In this document: positions 32,801 to 43,151 of the stretch, one piece after another
Layout of the letters: each line of letters begins with the position of its first letter
Numbering within the stretch: the first letter of the stretch is position 1
Virus record (IMG/VR): IMGVR_UViG_3300038701_001123
Span: 165-64,164 of that record
Strand: one strand, 5' to 3'
Length of the DNA: 64,000 nucleotides
Source of the DNA: a virus
Translations under genes and position numbers: made by a program
The notes under the pieces: generated by a model
Told to the model about the DNA's origin: nothing
Databases searched by the model: none
The model's input: the letters and a program-made list of their open reading frames with translations, nothing else

Positions 32801-33807
32801 GGAATTACCTCATATAAGATCACACTGATCTTGCTGATTGCAGCATCATTATAGGAACCATCATCTCTCCACATTTGGGCCATGATATCTATGCTGGTTG
32901 TGGCAGAAGGAACCGCCGCATCATGTTCAATGTAAATAGCCTGACTTCCAATTGCAGTCCTTCCAGTTTCATCGACCGGATTAGTTGCACCATCATTAAA
33001 ACGAAGTCCGATACCTGCGTCGTCATCATCATTCGCATTATGGAATGTGCAGCGGATTAAAGCTCTCACATTTCCAGTTGCAATTTTAGTATCCCATCCT
33101 GTAGGAATGGTAATCGCTTTATTCGCGGCAGTATAAGAGTCCGATCCTCCACCAGCATAGCAATCTTCGCACTGCCATTCCCAATCTCCTGCTGCGTACG
33201 AGAGAACTGCAAAACCGGAATTGGTAATTGTCCAACCCGTTATGTTTGCATCAAATTCGGAGAAAGCTACAACAGCATCATCCCATGGAGAGCTAGCTTC
33301 TTTGATAGTGCAAGTCAGATCTTTCACATAGGCGCTGAGCTCAGTTCCCCCTTCACGAGCTCCCTGCCAACCTATACGAAACGTTCTAGTTCCTGGAGGA
33401 ACAACGATATCTGTCTTAGAGTCCGTAACTTCAGATGAAGGATTTGAGTTGGGAGTAAATCCATGCCCAAGGAAACCAGAACTTCCATCAAAAAATTCAA
33501 CGAAGGCGTGAACACCATCGTCGTCAGTGAAAGTGCTGATAACTTGTGAAATATCAATTCTCGCATTACCGGCATCAATTACAGCTTCTCTCGTAGCCCC
33601 CGCTGGAAAATCTTGATAATGCTTAGATCTATCGGCTGTGTTGCTCGTAATCCAATTTTCGGTTGCCCCTTGTTGGTAAAGATTACCGACAAATGTGGTC
33701 CAATCAGCAGCAGAGCCAGTAGTGGCTTTGATACTTAAGAGAGGAAAAGTATATGGGAACGCAGCTACCACTCCTCCTCCGGCTCGTTTTGGTAGATTAA
33801 GAAGCAT
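32797..33807 (-). CDS. Putative tail fibre / receptor-binding protein
   Basis: Beta-rich, end of tail module. Confidence 0.5.
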   Translation of the reverse strand: MLLNLPKRAGGGVVAAFPYTFPLLSIKATTGSAADWTTFVGNLYQQGATENWITSNTADRSKHYQDFPAGATREAVIDAGNARIDISQVISTFTDDDGVHAFVEFFDGSSGFLGHGFTPNSNPSSEVTDSKTDIVVPPGTRTFRIGWQGAREGGTELSAYVKDLTCTIKEASSPWDDAVVAFSEFDANITGWTITNSGFAVLSYAAGDWEWQCEDCYAGGGSDSYTAANKAITIPTGWDTKIATGNVRALIRCTFHNANDDDDAGIGLRFNDGATNPVDETGRTAIGSQAIYIEHDAAVPSATTSIDIMAQMWRDDGSYNDAAISKISVILYEVIP

Positions 33808-34532
33808 TACCCAGCACTCCCTAATAGCGTCACCGATGCGTTTGCAGCAGTTGCATCAGCCGTAGAAGGAGCGACAATTGTTACAATTGAACCAGCGGCA
33901 ATAATTTGAGAAGTTCCCCCGGTGGTTGTGAATGTAAAGCTACCATCGGTAGCAATGACAACGGTTCCAACGTCAACCCCATCATCCTTCACGCTAATCG
34001 TCATAGAAGCTGTCGGATTTGTGACAATATCACCGACAGATCCCGTCATGTTTGCGGGAAGAGTGACATCACGAACCATCGGAATTGTGTCAATGACTTC
34101 ATCTGCCACTGGAGTTGTGCCGAAAGCAAATCGAATATCGTAATTCTCCGCTCCGCCTCCACCAACTTGACCAACTGTGGCTCGACGAGTTGTCCATTTA
34201 CTGATTGTCACAGATGGACCAGCAGCTTCATCAACAATTACATCACCATCAGTTCCGCCAATTGTTAATTTTCCCGCAGTGACAGCGGTTACTGTTGCCA
34301 CAACAATGTTGTTCGCCGGAGTCAGAAATCCTTCAATTATGACTCTATCATCAACTGCAAAACCAGCAGCGATGAAACCGTTACCTGAGTCATTGTAGCT
34401 ATTATCAGAAGCGGCTGCACTAATAGTAGCTGCATTAATTGTCGTTACCGAAGATTGCTGTGAAACTTCGATTAGTTCGATGCCAGCTAGAGAAGCTACT
34501 GCATCCAGATCTGTAATTCTCTTGATACCCAT
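33807..34532 (-). CDS. Tail-associated structural protein
   Basis: KRITDL..VASL N-terminus typical of fibre-type proteins; Ala/Thr/Gly rich. Confidence 0.55.
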   Translation of the reverse strand: MGIKRITDLDAVASLAGIELIEVSQQSSVTTINAATISAAASDNSYNDSGNGFIAAGFAVDDRVIIEGFLTPANNIVVATVTAVTAGKLTIGGTDGDVIVDEAAGPSVTISKWTTRRATVGQVGGGGAENYDIRFAFGTTPVADEVIDTIPMVRDVTLPANMTGSVGDIVTNPTASMTISVKDDGVDVGTVVIATDGSFTFTTTGGTSQIIAAGSIVTIVAPSTADATAANASVTLLGSAG

Positions 34533-34535
34533 TTA

Positions 34536-37238
34536 TCAGTCCTCCGTGATGCGGACATCTCCGTCTGCAGTTCCCATATAATCTTCCGAGTCTTCTACTT
34601 TTAGCATAGTGAAGTCAACATCGCCATACACAAATTCATGGATCGCAGGTTGAAGAGAATAAATTCCATCTCTCTTAGAGTGAACCTCTATGCGAACCAA
34701 TCCAGGAGCGGAAGGTGTGTAAGTTGTACCAGATGTAGCTGGTTCTTCTGTATGATCTAGAGTTCCATCTAGATAACCACGAACTCGATAAGTCGTTCCA
34801 GCCTCTGGGCCGATATCTCCGAATGTGTGATCATAGATAGTTCCAGAAGTTTGTTGCAGTCTGTCTCTATCAGTCCAGGTTAGAGTTAGTGTTCCCTCGA
34901 GAGCTCCCACTGGATATGATACTGATCCAATCTGGAAATTTCCAGGGGGATAAGGTCTAAAGGCTCTTTGATCTAGAGTAACATCTACCTGCTCTGCCAG
35001 ACTTACGTCTAGAGTTCCCTGACCAGTTGTAGCGGTGACTTTAACTCCAATTGTCTCACCGAGAACATATTCAACTGGATCAAAGCCATTGAAGAAATCC
35101 CAAAAGAAGAGGGGAGATCCGGCGAGATGAAATTTCGGAGTAGTGTCAAGGCAACCTCGACCAAGAACGACAATGTTGTTAACTGTGTCGACACTATCTA
35201 CACGACATAGTTCCATTTGATCATTATCAGTTCCAATTTGAACATAAGTTCCTGTCGTGATTTCATCAAGATCACTGACATTTGTTAATTCAATAGAAGT
35301 CTCGGTAGCGGTGATGAAGCCAGACAGCTCTCCATATGGACAAAAATCTAGACTGGCTGAGTCTTCAAAACCGGTTCCTGGATCTGTCCACAGTCTTCCA
35401 TTAATTGCACTCTCTGGGCGTGAAGCTGCTCCAAGAACATATCCAACTTCGTTATTCGCATCTAGAGTATTATCAATGGCTGTCTGACCCAGATTTTGAA
35501 CTATTTCAAGATACGGGATTTCAGTCGCCATAATAGCGGGAACTGCTGTGGGTGGTTGTGATGGATTTACCCATTCAGTTTCCGAATCAACAATAACTTC
35601 TGTCAGAGCAGTTGAGAATACATCTTCTGAGCAAGTAATTCGAATTTTATTGTTTCGACCATCACCGAAAGCAATCTCTGTAACTCTCATCACCATATCG
35701 GTGATTTTCCAGCGAGGCCAAGTCAATCGGAATACATCACCGACGTTCAGATCTTTTGCGGTTTGATCTGTGTAGATAGTACAGGACAGGAATTGAGAAG
35801 ACAGAGATCTCAGGTCCCTTTGGGCTGCGAGTAGAGCATTTCTCTTATTGGAAAATCCAGGATATTGGATTGGTGCATCAATGACTTGGCCTTGTTGTTG
35901 GACTAAGGCTGTATCTGTCACATTAATGCTATCATCCTTGCCGCTTTTGTAATTCCAGAACTTTACCGTAACGCTGTTTGAGAGCTCACCAAAAGTCGGC
36001 TTATTGGGATTCGTGATCTTAGAAATATTGCTTCTATCCAAAACAACTAAATCATCGAAGACGAAATCATTACGAATAAGTTTTAGAACGAACTTACCAG
36101 TCTTCCTCGATACATAAAGAGCGGCATCAATATGACGAACAATCTCTTTTACGAATTCATCGATTGTCATCGACTTATCCCAAAGGAGAGAAATCCCTAA
36201 TCCCTCTGCGAAGAGAGTATCAGCGGCGGCTGTGAAAGATGTACTGTCGATATCAGAAGATTGATAGCCCATTCCCCAATCGGGATCTGTTAAACACTCA
36301 CGAATGATATGAGCAGGGTTCATATCAATTTGAGGACCAGTTACATAATCCATTCTAACTGTTATGGCGGCATTATCAATTAGATAGGGATTTTCATCTC
36401 GGAAATAAACATGAATGGTGTGAGATCCAGAGTTTCTGAAGGGGTGATTAAAATCAAAAGTAAACCCCGAAACTTGAGTATTCGCAGCATTATCATTATA
36501 GACTTGAACACCGTCCACATAAATGGCAGCAGAATTCTCTCCGCTTCCGTGAATGCGAACTGTTCCTTTTACTGGAAGATTAAATGTTTTCCTGATCCAA
36601 TAGCCGTGTTCTCCTCCAGTACCGCCTTCTGTCAGAAGTGTCCCTAGGCTTCCATCGCGACCAAATGGTCCAGGTCCGCTGGTGTTGTATCCAGTTTCTT
36701 TAGGAGAAGCTGGGGGAACTCTATAGTCATCATAAGAAATTTCCCATGTATCATCAGCAGCAATAATTTGCCCGCTGGCTACTCCCCCTCCATAAATTTC
36801 AGATCTTGATGAATACCATTGAGATCCTCCACCAGTAGTAGTTTTGATGCGAGTTCCGTTGAAAGACCATTTCTTAAGGTATGGATTAACTCCTAAGTAA
36901 ACCTGATTAAGAACCGCTCCCACAACTCCACGATATGCTGGAATTATGTTACCGAGCTGACTTACCAGATAACTATTCTTTCCTTGCGAACTTCCCCCCA
37001 TCTCGATATCGACAGCGCCTGCAATTCCGCCTTCTCTTTCATCACCACCGAATAAATTCGGTTGGAATATAGCAATAGTGCTTCCGGTATTCTTTCCTTC
37101 CCAAGCAACTCGATCATCTACTGAGATCCTATTGATACTATCAATAGGCCCATGACAAAGAACCATGTGCATTCCAAGATAGTAGCGGTATCCTACTGTC
37201 TGTTTCTTAGAGCCGCCCATAAGCAACCTCCACGACAT
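34536..37238 (-). CDS. Central tail / baseplate hub protein (Tal-like, GTA gp15-like)
   Basis: GYRYYLGMHMVLCHGP, DMNPAHIIRECLTDPDWGMG, AADTLFAEGLGIS, RGCLDT, RPYPPGN. Confidence 0.85.
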   Translation of the reverse strand: MSWRLLMGGSKKQTVGYRYYLGMHMVLCHGPIDSINRISVDDRVAWEGKNTGSTIAIFQPNLFGGDEREGGIAGAVDIEMGGSSQGKNSYLVSQLGNIIPAYRGVVGAVLNQVYLGVNPYLKKWSFNGTRIKTTTGGGSQWYSSRSEIYGGGVASGQIIAADDTWEISYDDYRVPPASPKETGYNTSGPGPFGRDGSLGTLLTEGGTGGEHGYWIRKTFNLPVKGTVRIHGSGENSAAIYVDGVQVYNDNAANTQVSGFTFDFNHPFRNSGSHTIHVYFRDENPYLIDNAAITVRMDYVTGPQIDMNPAHIIRECLTDPDWGMGYQSSDIDSTSFTAAADTLFAEGLGISLLWDKSMTIDEFVKEIVRHIDAALYVSRKTGKFVLKLIRNDFVFDDLVVLDRSNISKITNPNKPTFGELSNSVTVKFWNYKSGKDDSINVTDTALVQQQGQVIDAPIQYPGFSNKRNALLAAQRDLRSLSSQFLSCTIYTDQTAKDLNVGDVFRLTWPRWKITDMVMRVTEIAFGDGRNNKIRITCSEDVFSTALTEVIVDSETEWVNPSQPPTAVPAIMATEIPYLEIVQNLGQTAIDNTLDANNEVGYVLGAASRPESAINGRLWTDPGTGFEDSASLDFCPYGELSGFITATETSIELTNVSDLDEITTGTYVQIGTDNDQMELCRVDSVDTVNNIVVLGRGCLDTTPKFHLAGSPLFFWDFFNGFDPVEYVLGETIGVKVTATTGQGTLDVSLAEQVDVTLDQRAFRPYPPGNFQIGSVSYPVGALEGTLTLTWTDRDRLQQTSGTIYDHTFGDIGPEAGTTYRVRGYLDGTLDHTEEPATSGTTYTPSAPGLVRIEVHSKRDGIYSLQPAIHEFVYGDVDFTMLKVEDSEDYMGTADGDVRITED

Positions 37239-37410
37239 GCTCCGCCATAGAGTCTCCTGTTGCCAGGATCACAGACGCTGGTAGCCCCTCAGTTAGAAAC
37301 TTATTCCAATCCAAATTATGTTTACGGAAGAAAGCTCTGCTACCCCCTGAACACATTTTCGCTTTTCGAACATGCTCCATTGTGATCATGATATCTTCAG
37401 ACTTTATCAT
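37207..37410 (-). CDS. Small conserved tail-module protein
   Basis: CSGGSRAFFRKHNLDW..FL..GLPAS..LATGD. Confidence 0.7.
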   Translation of the reverse strand: MIKSEDIMITMEHVRKAKMCSGGSRAFFRKHNLDWNKFLTEGLPASVILATGDSMAEHVVEVAYGRL

Positions 37411-37637
37411 TTCTTACCACCTTTCTTCTTGATGGCAGATGTCTTCAGATGACCGTACCAAACCACGTTAGGGCCGTTAAGATCTCTCGTTCCAAATAGA
37501 ACTGGGATTTCTCTTCCAGCCTCTGCTGTCGGGACCTGAAATTCATCAAGTCCCGCTGGTTTCTGGGGTTGGATCTTTGGTCTCGTCGCATAGACGATTG
37601 CATAAGAAACAATGAAGAGAGCTACATACCACCACAT
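37407..37637 (-). CDS. Small tail assembly protein
   Basis: Hydrophobic N-terminus, PTAEAGREIPVLFGT, NVVWYG. Confidence 0.75.
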   Translation of the reverse strand: MWWYVALFIVSYAIVYATRPKIQPQKPAGLDEFQVPTAEAGREIPVLFGTRDLNGPNVVWYGHLKTSAIKKKGGKK

Positions 37638-38428
37638 TAGACAATCGAACTCCCACCCATTGGATTTAAATCAGGTATAAAATCAAATCCACCGTAATTC
37701 AACAAATTGTTAAATTTGGAGTTACAGGTAGAACGACTATGATTGCATCCAGGATAAATTGAGATTGAAAGGCCCGCTCCATTTGAAGCGAAAGCACTAG
37801 CTAATGAATTACCAACTCTCTGAAGAACAAGTTGGTCTCCAGAATGACTAACGATAAATGAGAAACTTCCATCAGGAGCCGCTACCATTCCCCCTGTGTA
37901 ATATCCATTAGATTGAGAAGCAGCTTCTGGAACTGTTAGAGTAGTTCCAGTTATCGCATTTAGAGTTCCTGTAACTTCGAAAGAAGCAGGAGTGAGATTG
38001 CATCCTCTTCCATACAAAGCATGTCTACAATTCTTCTGAAAAGTGGCCCTTAGACCAGTTCTGCGCAAGCTGGTGAAGATAGACTCAAAAGTGAGTTTCA
38101 TCATTGAGTCATCTGGTTGAAAACTAGCCAAACGACCTTTCCAAGAAGTAGTGACGGAACCATTCCTATCAGTAAATACTGAGATCGTAATAATCTGTTC
38201 ACTGAAAGAAGTTAAGAGTTCAATTGATAATCCATGATCAATAGGAATTTCAAGAGACAGAGCAGATTTAGAGATTTCGTTCTTTTGAACAACCTCTCCC
38301 CTCTGCATTGCAACAGGAGAATAAATCTCATTACCGCTACCAGCATTGTAACTCTGAGCTTTATCAGCACTGGTTACAGTCCAGACCACACTTCCGGAAA
38401 CGATACGGAAAAGATCTATGGTCTTCAT
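37637..38428 (-). CDS. DUF2163 / GTA gp13-like baseplate protein
   Basis: CRHALYGRGC and PGCNHSRSTCNSKFNNLLNYGGF Cys cluster. Confidence 0.85.
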   Translation of the reverse strand: MKTIDLFRIVSGSVVWTVTSADKAQSYNAGSGNEIYSPVAMQRGEVVQKNEISKSALSLEIPIDHGLSIELLTSFSEQIITISVFTDRNGSVTTSWKGRLASFQPDDSMMKLTFESIFTSLRRTGLRATFQKNCRHALYGRGCNLTPASFEVTGTLNAITGTTLTVPEAASQSNGYYTGGMVAAPDGSFSFIVSHSGDQLVLQRVGNSLASAFASNGAGLSISIYPGCNHSRSTCNSKFNNLLNYGGFDFIPDLNPMGGSSIV

Positions 38429-40005
38429 GGTTCTATCTCCACTATCCGGAAAGCGCAGGTGCTGACACCACCAGTTAGATGCTTGATCTCAACAACATCT
38501 GTATCCAGACGCTTTATACCTAGCCACGATACACGCTTTACGGCACTAGATGCAATACCTAAAGCACTATCCAGAGTTAGAGACATCGTATCAGCATCTA
38601 CGATGGCTGCAGAGAGAATTTCTCTGAAATACCATACTCCATCAGCTTCGACAGCTATATGAGTTCTCTCTTGGGCAAATTTGAGATAGTCATCTCTATC
38701 TACTGATAGAGCGGCATCGATATTTCCGGAATTTTTGACATTCAGATCATTTTCAAAAGAGGGTTGCCAGAATTGCCGATAACGACCAGCACGTCTATGA
38801 AGAAATTCACGAAGAGCCCAAGCGGAGGAGAGGTCCTCATTCAAAATCCGATGAGTACGTCCCATTCGGGCATTGTTCCAGGTTCCATAGAATTCAACTA
38901 ATCCAATTCCTGGATCAAAGACATTTAGATTGATGTTAATATCATCATTCGTCGTAGATCCTTCGAGAAGACTCACATCAGTATAAATATCATCAGCTTT
39001 ATATTGTGTAGGAGCAGAAACGGTTAGTTCTTCGTTATCCAGAATGTTGATCTCGAAACTGAAATTAGCCTTATATCCATCTAGACTTTTATTAACTTTA
39101 TTCGAGATAAAACCTGTTCGCAGAGGCAGAACCCATGCGTTAGAGAAAGCTCTTGTATCGGCTGTGAAGACAATAGTCCCCGAAGAAACACTATAGACAC
39201 CCAGAACTTGCCAATTGTCAAAACTCTCCCAGATAAGAGCTAATCCAGACTCTCGGAATTCTGAATAAGTCGTATCTATATTTAGAGAAGTTTGACCAGA
39301 AGCAATGGCTCCAACTACGACTGGTTGTGTCCAAATCGGCATGAGGAATTCTTCATCGAGATTACCCCATAAAACATTCTGTGCAAGACGTTTCTTATTA
39401 GGAGGCGCTGGGAAATTCATCTTGAAACTTTGACGAGGAGACAAAGTAACTTGGAGGCGTTCTTCAGTTCCGTCATGAGAGATACTCACGTCGGTTAACC
39501 ATTCAAGAGTTTCATCAATCGGTGCTTGCGGCTGTAGTGAGAACACCGGAGGCATGTATTCTGCTTCCACAGAAACGTATGAAGTTCCACTTAGTGAATC
39601 GTCATCTAGGCACAGGAGAGCTATCTCATGAACACCAGAAGTTGCAACGAATGTTGGAATAATGATACGATATTCAGGAATATCAGTTCTTCCATCGTTA
39701 TCGGGGTTAAATGCTCCAATATAAGTGCCTCCCCAATAAAGATACAACGCCTGTTCAATTCTTCCCTTGATTACAACTTCGCGTAGACCATCAACAGTGA
39801 TAAAACGTCTGATCCACAATCCATTTGTTCTAGTCCAAGTCGTAGCGGCTTGAACAGATACAGAACTTGCCTCTCCTTCACCGAATGGACCAGGACTAGC
39901 AGTCAGCCAACTGGTAGTTGGAACAGAAACTATCTCAGGACTCGGAGGAACCGTATTTGCTGTTAACTGATATTCCCAATCAGCACCGATAGAGATCAAT
40001 GACAT
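38425..40005 (-). CDS. Distal tail-like virion protein with N-terminal extra beta-sandwich domain
   Basis: ETLEWLTDV...GTEER core; RRAGRYRQFWQP; follows tape measure. Confidence 0.75.
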   Translation of the reverse strand: MSLISIGADWEYQLTANTVPPSPEIVSVPTTSWLTASPGPFGEGEASSVSVQAATTWTRTNGLWIRRFITVDGLREVVIKGRIEQALYLYWGGTYIGAFNPDNDGRTDIPEYRIIIPTFVATSGVHEIALLCLDDDSLSGTSYVSVEAEYMPPVFSLQPQAPIDETLEWLTDVSISHDGTEERLQVTLSPRQSFKMNFPAPPNKKRLAQNVLWGNLDEEFLMPIWTQPVVVGAIASGQTSLNIDTTYSEFRESGLALIWESFDNWQVLGVYSVSSGTIVFTADTRAFSNAWVLPLRTGFISNKVNKSLDGYKANFSFEINILDNEELTVSAPTQYKADDIYTDVSLLEGSTTNDDININLNVFDPGIGLVEFYGTWNNARMGRTHRILNEDLSSAWALREFLHRRAGRYRQFWQPSFENDLNVKNSGNIDAALSVDRDDYLKFAQERTHIAVEADGVWYFREILSAAIVDADTMSLTLDSALGIASSAVKRVSWLGIKRLDTDVVEIKHLTGGVSTCAFRIVEIEP

Positions 40006-43000
40006 TAGAACCGACCTCTATTCAGAATTCCAGTTCTTTCGATTGTGTTGACAATGGCAGTTTCACCTTCAGGAGTATCCAAGAACTGACCGACCATACC
40101 GGGATCTAAGACATTGATAATCTTCGGAGATACTGACACGTTAGATGAACTACCACTTTCTCCATTATTCATCTGTTGCTGTTGAGCAGCTTGTTGCCCA
40201 GGAGTGAGAATATCTACTCGTTCGTCTGGGCGTTTTTTGAAAGCCACGACTTGACTGTCAGTTGATCCAGGTCCGCTTGGAAGAATAGATCCACCGGAGT
40301 TAAAGCCGAAGAGTCCAGCGATACCACCGCCGCCCCCACCACCAAGAGGAACTCCAACAATGCTGCTGAGAAGACGCAAGAGAATTTGCTGTGCTGCAAG
40401 TTTCAAGAGTTGAGAGAACAGATCATTGAAAAACTGTCTCACATTAAATTGACCAGTTTTCGCAAATTCAACAATTGCATCGGAGGCTTTATCAGCGGCA
40501 CCTACCACCCAATCACCAAGAGCAGTACCAAGTTCTCCAGCAGACATGATTGCAGCACTAATAGAAGATCTGAAGCCACCAAAGAGAGTTCCAGATGCTT
40601 CATCAGCGGCTTGCTGCATTTCACGAATAGCGGTCGTATAATCATTAATATCAATACGACCTTGACGGAACAACTCATTAAGAGCCATCTGCCGTTCAGC
40701 CGCTTCTCGACGAGGACCTTCGATACTTTCGAGAACGTCCGCTTGAGTTTTTGCTGCTTCAAGAGCTCTTAGGGTTTGATCTGCTAAAGCTCTCTCAGCA
40801 TCAGTAAGACTTCTCTTGAGTTCTTTCTCAATTTTCAAAATCTCATTAGCTCTTTCACGCTCTCTGACGCTCAAGCCTAGCAATTCAATCTCTTGCTGCA
40901 TCCCGGATATAATGGAAGCGAAATCTGCTCTCTGGGAACCTCCGCCCCCACCGCCTCCGCCGCCTCCAGGAGTGGTTGGAGTGGTTCCACCGCTTGGGAT
41001 AACATCCTGAGCCATGACAGCTTCTTCAGCAGCATTCGCAATATTCTGTCTTGCTCTTTCAGTAATTGCCTGACCAATTGGTTCAAGAGCAGTTCCCACA
41101 GCGCCTACCGTATTCTCCAGATTAGTGGCTTCGAACGTAGTTGCGAAAGCATCACCAAAAGCATTCGCTGCCGCTTTACCTGCCCCTTCATATTCATTTA
41201 CAAATCTACTGAGCTCGACATTCCCGATCCTACCAATTTGACCAGAAAACCCAAAGAGTTCAGCAGCCTTATCGCCGCCGACAAAACTGATCAGAGCGTT
41301 AATCGCATCAATTACGAGGTTGATGGCATTTATAGCACCATTTGCAAAGGCTTCGAAACCTGCAATCAGAGCATTAGCGAGACTTGTGGCAGCACTAGAT
41401 GCCGCCTGTGGAAGTATATCGAAAGCCGCGACAATACCAGCGATTGCTGACACCGCAACCCTTGGGAAGAATGTGAATGCGTCGAACACTAGATTGATGA
41501 CGAAATCCATGACAGTTCGGACTTCGTCACCGAGTGAAGCAAAGAAGCCGATCACGGCTTTAATAGCATCGCCGATTGTCCTGCGTAGAAAATCAGCAAC
41601 AGGAGCGATCGCTTCAATGATAAGCTGGAATGCTGCCACGACAGCATCCTTCAGACCAACTACTCCATCGGAGGTGACTTTAATCTCATTGCCCCAACGA
41701 AGGAATGCAGCGGTAGCCGCTACGACTGCAACGACAGCCGCGCCGATTGGATTTGCGGCGAGAAGTGTGCCAAGGCCAGCCATTGCGCGACCCGCCAGCC
41801 CGATGCCACCAGCCAGCGTTGGAAATAGGCGGGTAAGCCGCGCCGTGGTGCCTGCGCTGGCCGCTTGTGCTGCGGCTAGGCGGGCGTTAGCGGCTGCTGC
41901 GGTGGTGGTGGCCCCGGTTTGTGCTGCGCGGGCTGTAGCAAGCCTTCCAGCGGTCGCAGCTTCAACACCTTCAACAATCGAAAGCTGTTGCGTCACCCTT
42001 GCGAGGTTCGCTTTCGCCGTGCTGAGAGCAACGAATTGACCAGTTGCGATATTGCGAGCGCGGCCATTCGCTACGGTGAATTGCGTATCCAGAACAGTTT
42101 GCTGGAGATCTGCTTTCTTCAGTTGAAGGAGAGCGAGACGTTGTTGCAGTTCTGCCTGACGAGCCGCGTTGGATGCGACAGCCGCTTGGGTCCGACGAAC
42201 ACTCGCTGCGGCGCGAAGGTTCTCGACTTCAAGGAGACGCGCACTCGCTACGGCCCCAGCCCTTAGACTGAGGGTGAAGTTGGCAATCGACTGAATTGTG
42301 CGAATCCCAAAGGAGAGCGCGAAGGCTGCTGCGGCTGCGCCGAGAGTGCCGACAATGAGTTCGATATTCTCTGACAGGAAGATTATTGCATTCGCCACCT
42401 TACTGGAGATCTGGAACGTATCCTCCAGATTATCCAGGAACTCAAGCCAGTTGGTGTTCGCAACAGACAGAGCCTGAGAAATTGTTGGCTGGGTCTGAGC
42501 GAACAGACGATCGATCTCTTCTTCCGCGTTACGGAAGGCTTCAAGAACAACTTCTGCGGAAATCTTACCTTCACGACCAAACTGACGTAGTTCACCACGA
42601 GTGATACCAAGCTGACGGGCAATCACATCTGCAACGAATGGCAGTTGTTCCAGAACAGAACGAAGTTCGTCACCGGACAGGCGGTTCGAAGCAAGACCTT
42701 GGGAAAGCTGGATCAGTGCTGCGTTTGCTTCTCGGGTCGACGCACCAGATAGGATCGATGCTTTCGCGAGACTTTCCGTGAAGCGAGCAGTTTCTTGCTG
42801 ACTGATGCCAAGCTGACGGACGGACAGAGCAGTCCTGTTGTAGATCTCGGCCACAGACTCGAAAGACGTGCGGCTGTCACGAGCCACTTGGAACAGGCGT
42901 GTCTGAACTTCTTCCAGATTTTGTGCGCTGGTAGTGGTCAGGCGTAGCCTGTTCTCGACATTGGTCAGAAGGTCCGCTTGGGTTGTCAGCGCACGGATAG

Positions 43001-43151
43001 CGCCCGCACCACCGAGAACAAAGATGGCTCGCTGCAAGAGAAAGATGCCACGAGTGGAGCGGTTAGCAGCTTCACCAATCTCATCAATTCGGCGCTTGAT
43101 AACTCGAGCGCCGGACTCCCTAAATCTGATATCGACGTTTTCTGTGACCAT
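40005..43151 (-). CDS. Tape measure protein
   Basis: 1048 aa; LIQLSQGLASNRLSGDELRSVLEQLP tape-measure domain. Confidence 0.93.
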   Translation of the reverse strand: MVTENVDIRFRESGARVIKRRIDEIGEAANRSTRGIFLLQRAIFVLGGAGAIRALTTQADLLTNVENRLRLTTTSAQNLEEVQTRLFQVARDSRTSFESVAEIYNRTALSVRQLGISQQETARFTESLAKASILSGASTREANAALIQLSQGLASNRLSGDELRSVLEQLPFVADVIARQLGITRGELRQFGREGKISAEVVLEAFRNAEEEIDRLFAQTQPTISQALSVANTNWLEFLDNLEDTFQISSKVANAIIFLSENIELIVGTLGAAAAAFALSFGIRTIQSIANFTLSLRAGAVASARLLEVENLRAAASVRRTQAAVASNAARQAELQQRLALLQLKKADLQQTVLDTQFTVANGRARNIATGQFVALSTAKANLARVTQQLSIVEGVEAATAGRLATARAAQTGATTTAAAANARLAAAQAASAGTTARLTRLFPTLAGGIGLAGRAMAGLGTLLAANPIGAAVVAVVAATAAFLRWGNEIKVTSDGVVGLKDAVVAAFQLIIEAIAPVADFLRRTIGDAIKAVIGFFASLGDEVRTVMDFVINLVFDAFTFFPRVAVSAIAGIVAAFDILPQAASSAATSLANALIAGFEAFANGAINAINLVIDAINALISFVGGDKAAELFGFSGQIGRIGNVELSRFVNEYEGAGKAAANAFGDAFATTFEATNLENTVGAVGTALEPIGQAITERARQNIANAAEEAVMAQDVIPSGGTTPTTPGGGGGGGGGGSQRADFASIISGMQQEIELLGLSVRERERANEILKIEKELKRSLTDAERALADQTLRALEAAKTQADVLESIEGPRREAAERQMALNELFRQGRIDINDYTTAIREMQQAADEASGTLFGGFRSSISAAIMSAGELGTALGDWVVGAADKASDAIVEFAKTGQFNVRQFFNDLFSQLLKLAAQQILLRLLSSIVGVPLGGGGGGGIAGLFGFNSGGSILPSGPGSTDSQVVAFKKRPDERVDILTPGQQAAQQQQMNNGESGSSSNVSVSPKIINVLDPGMVGQFLDTPEGETAIVNTIERTGILNRGRF

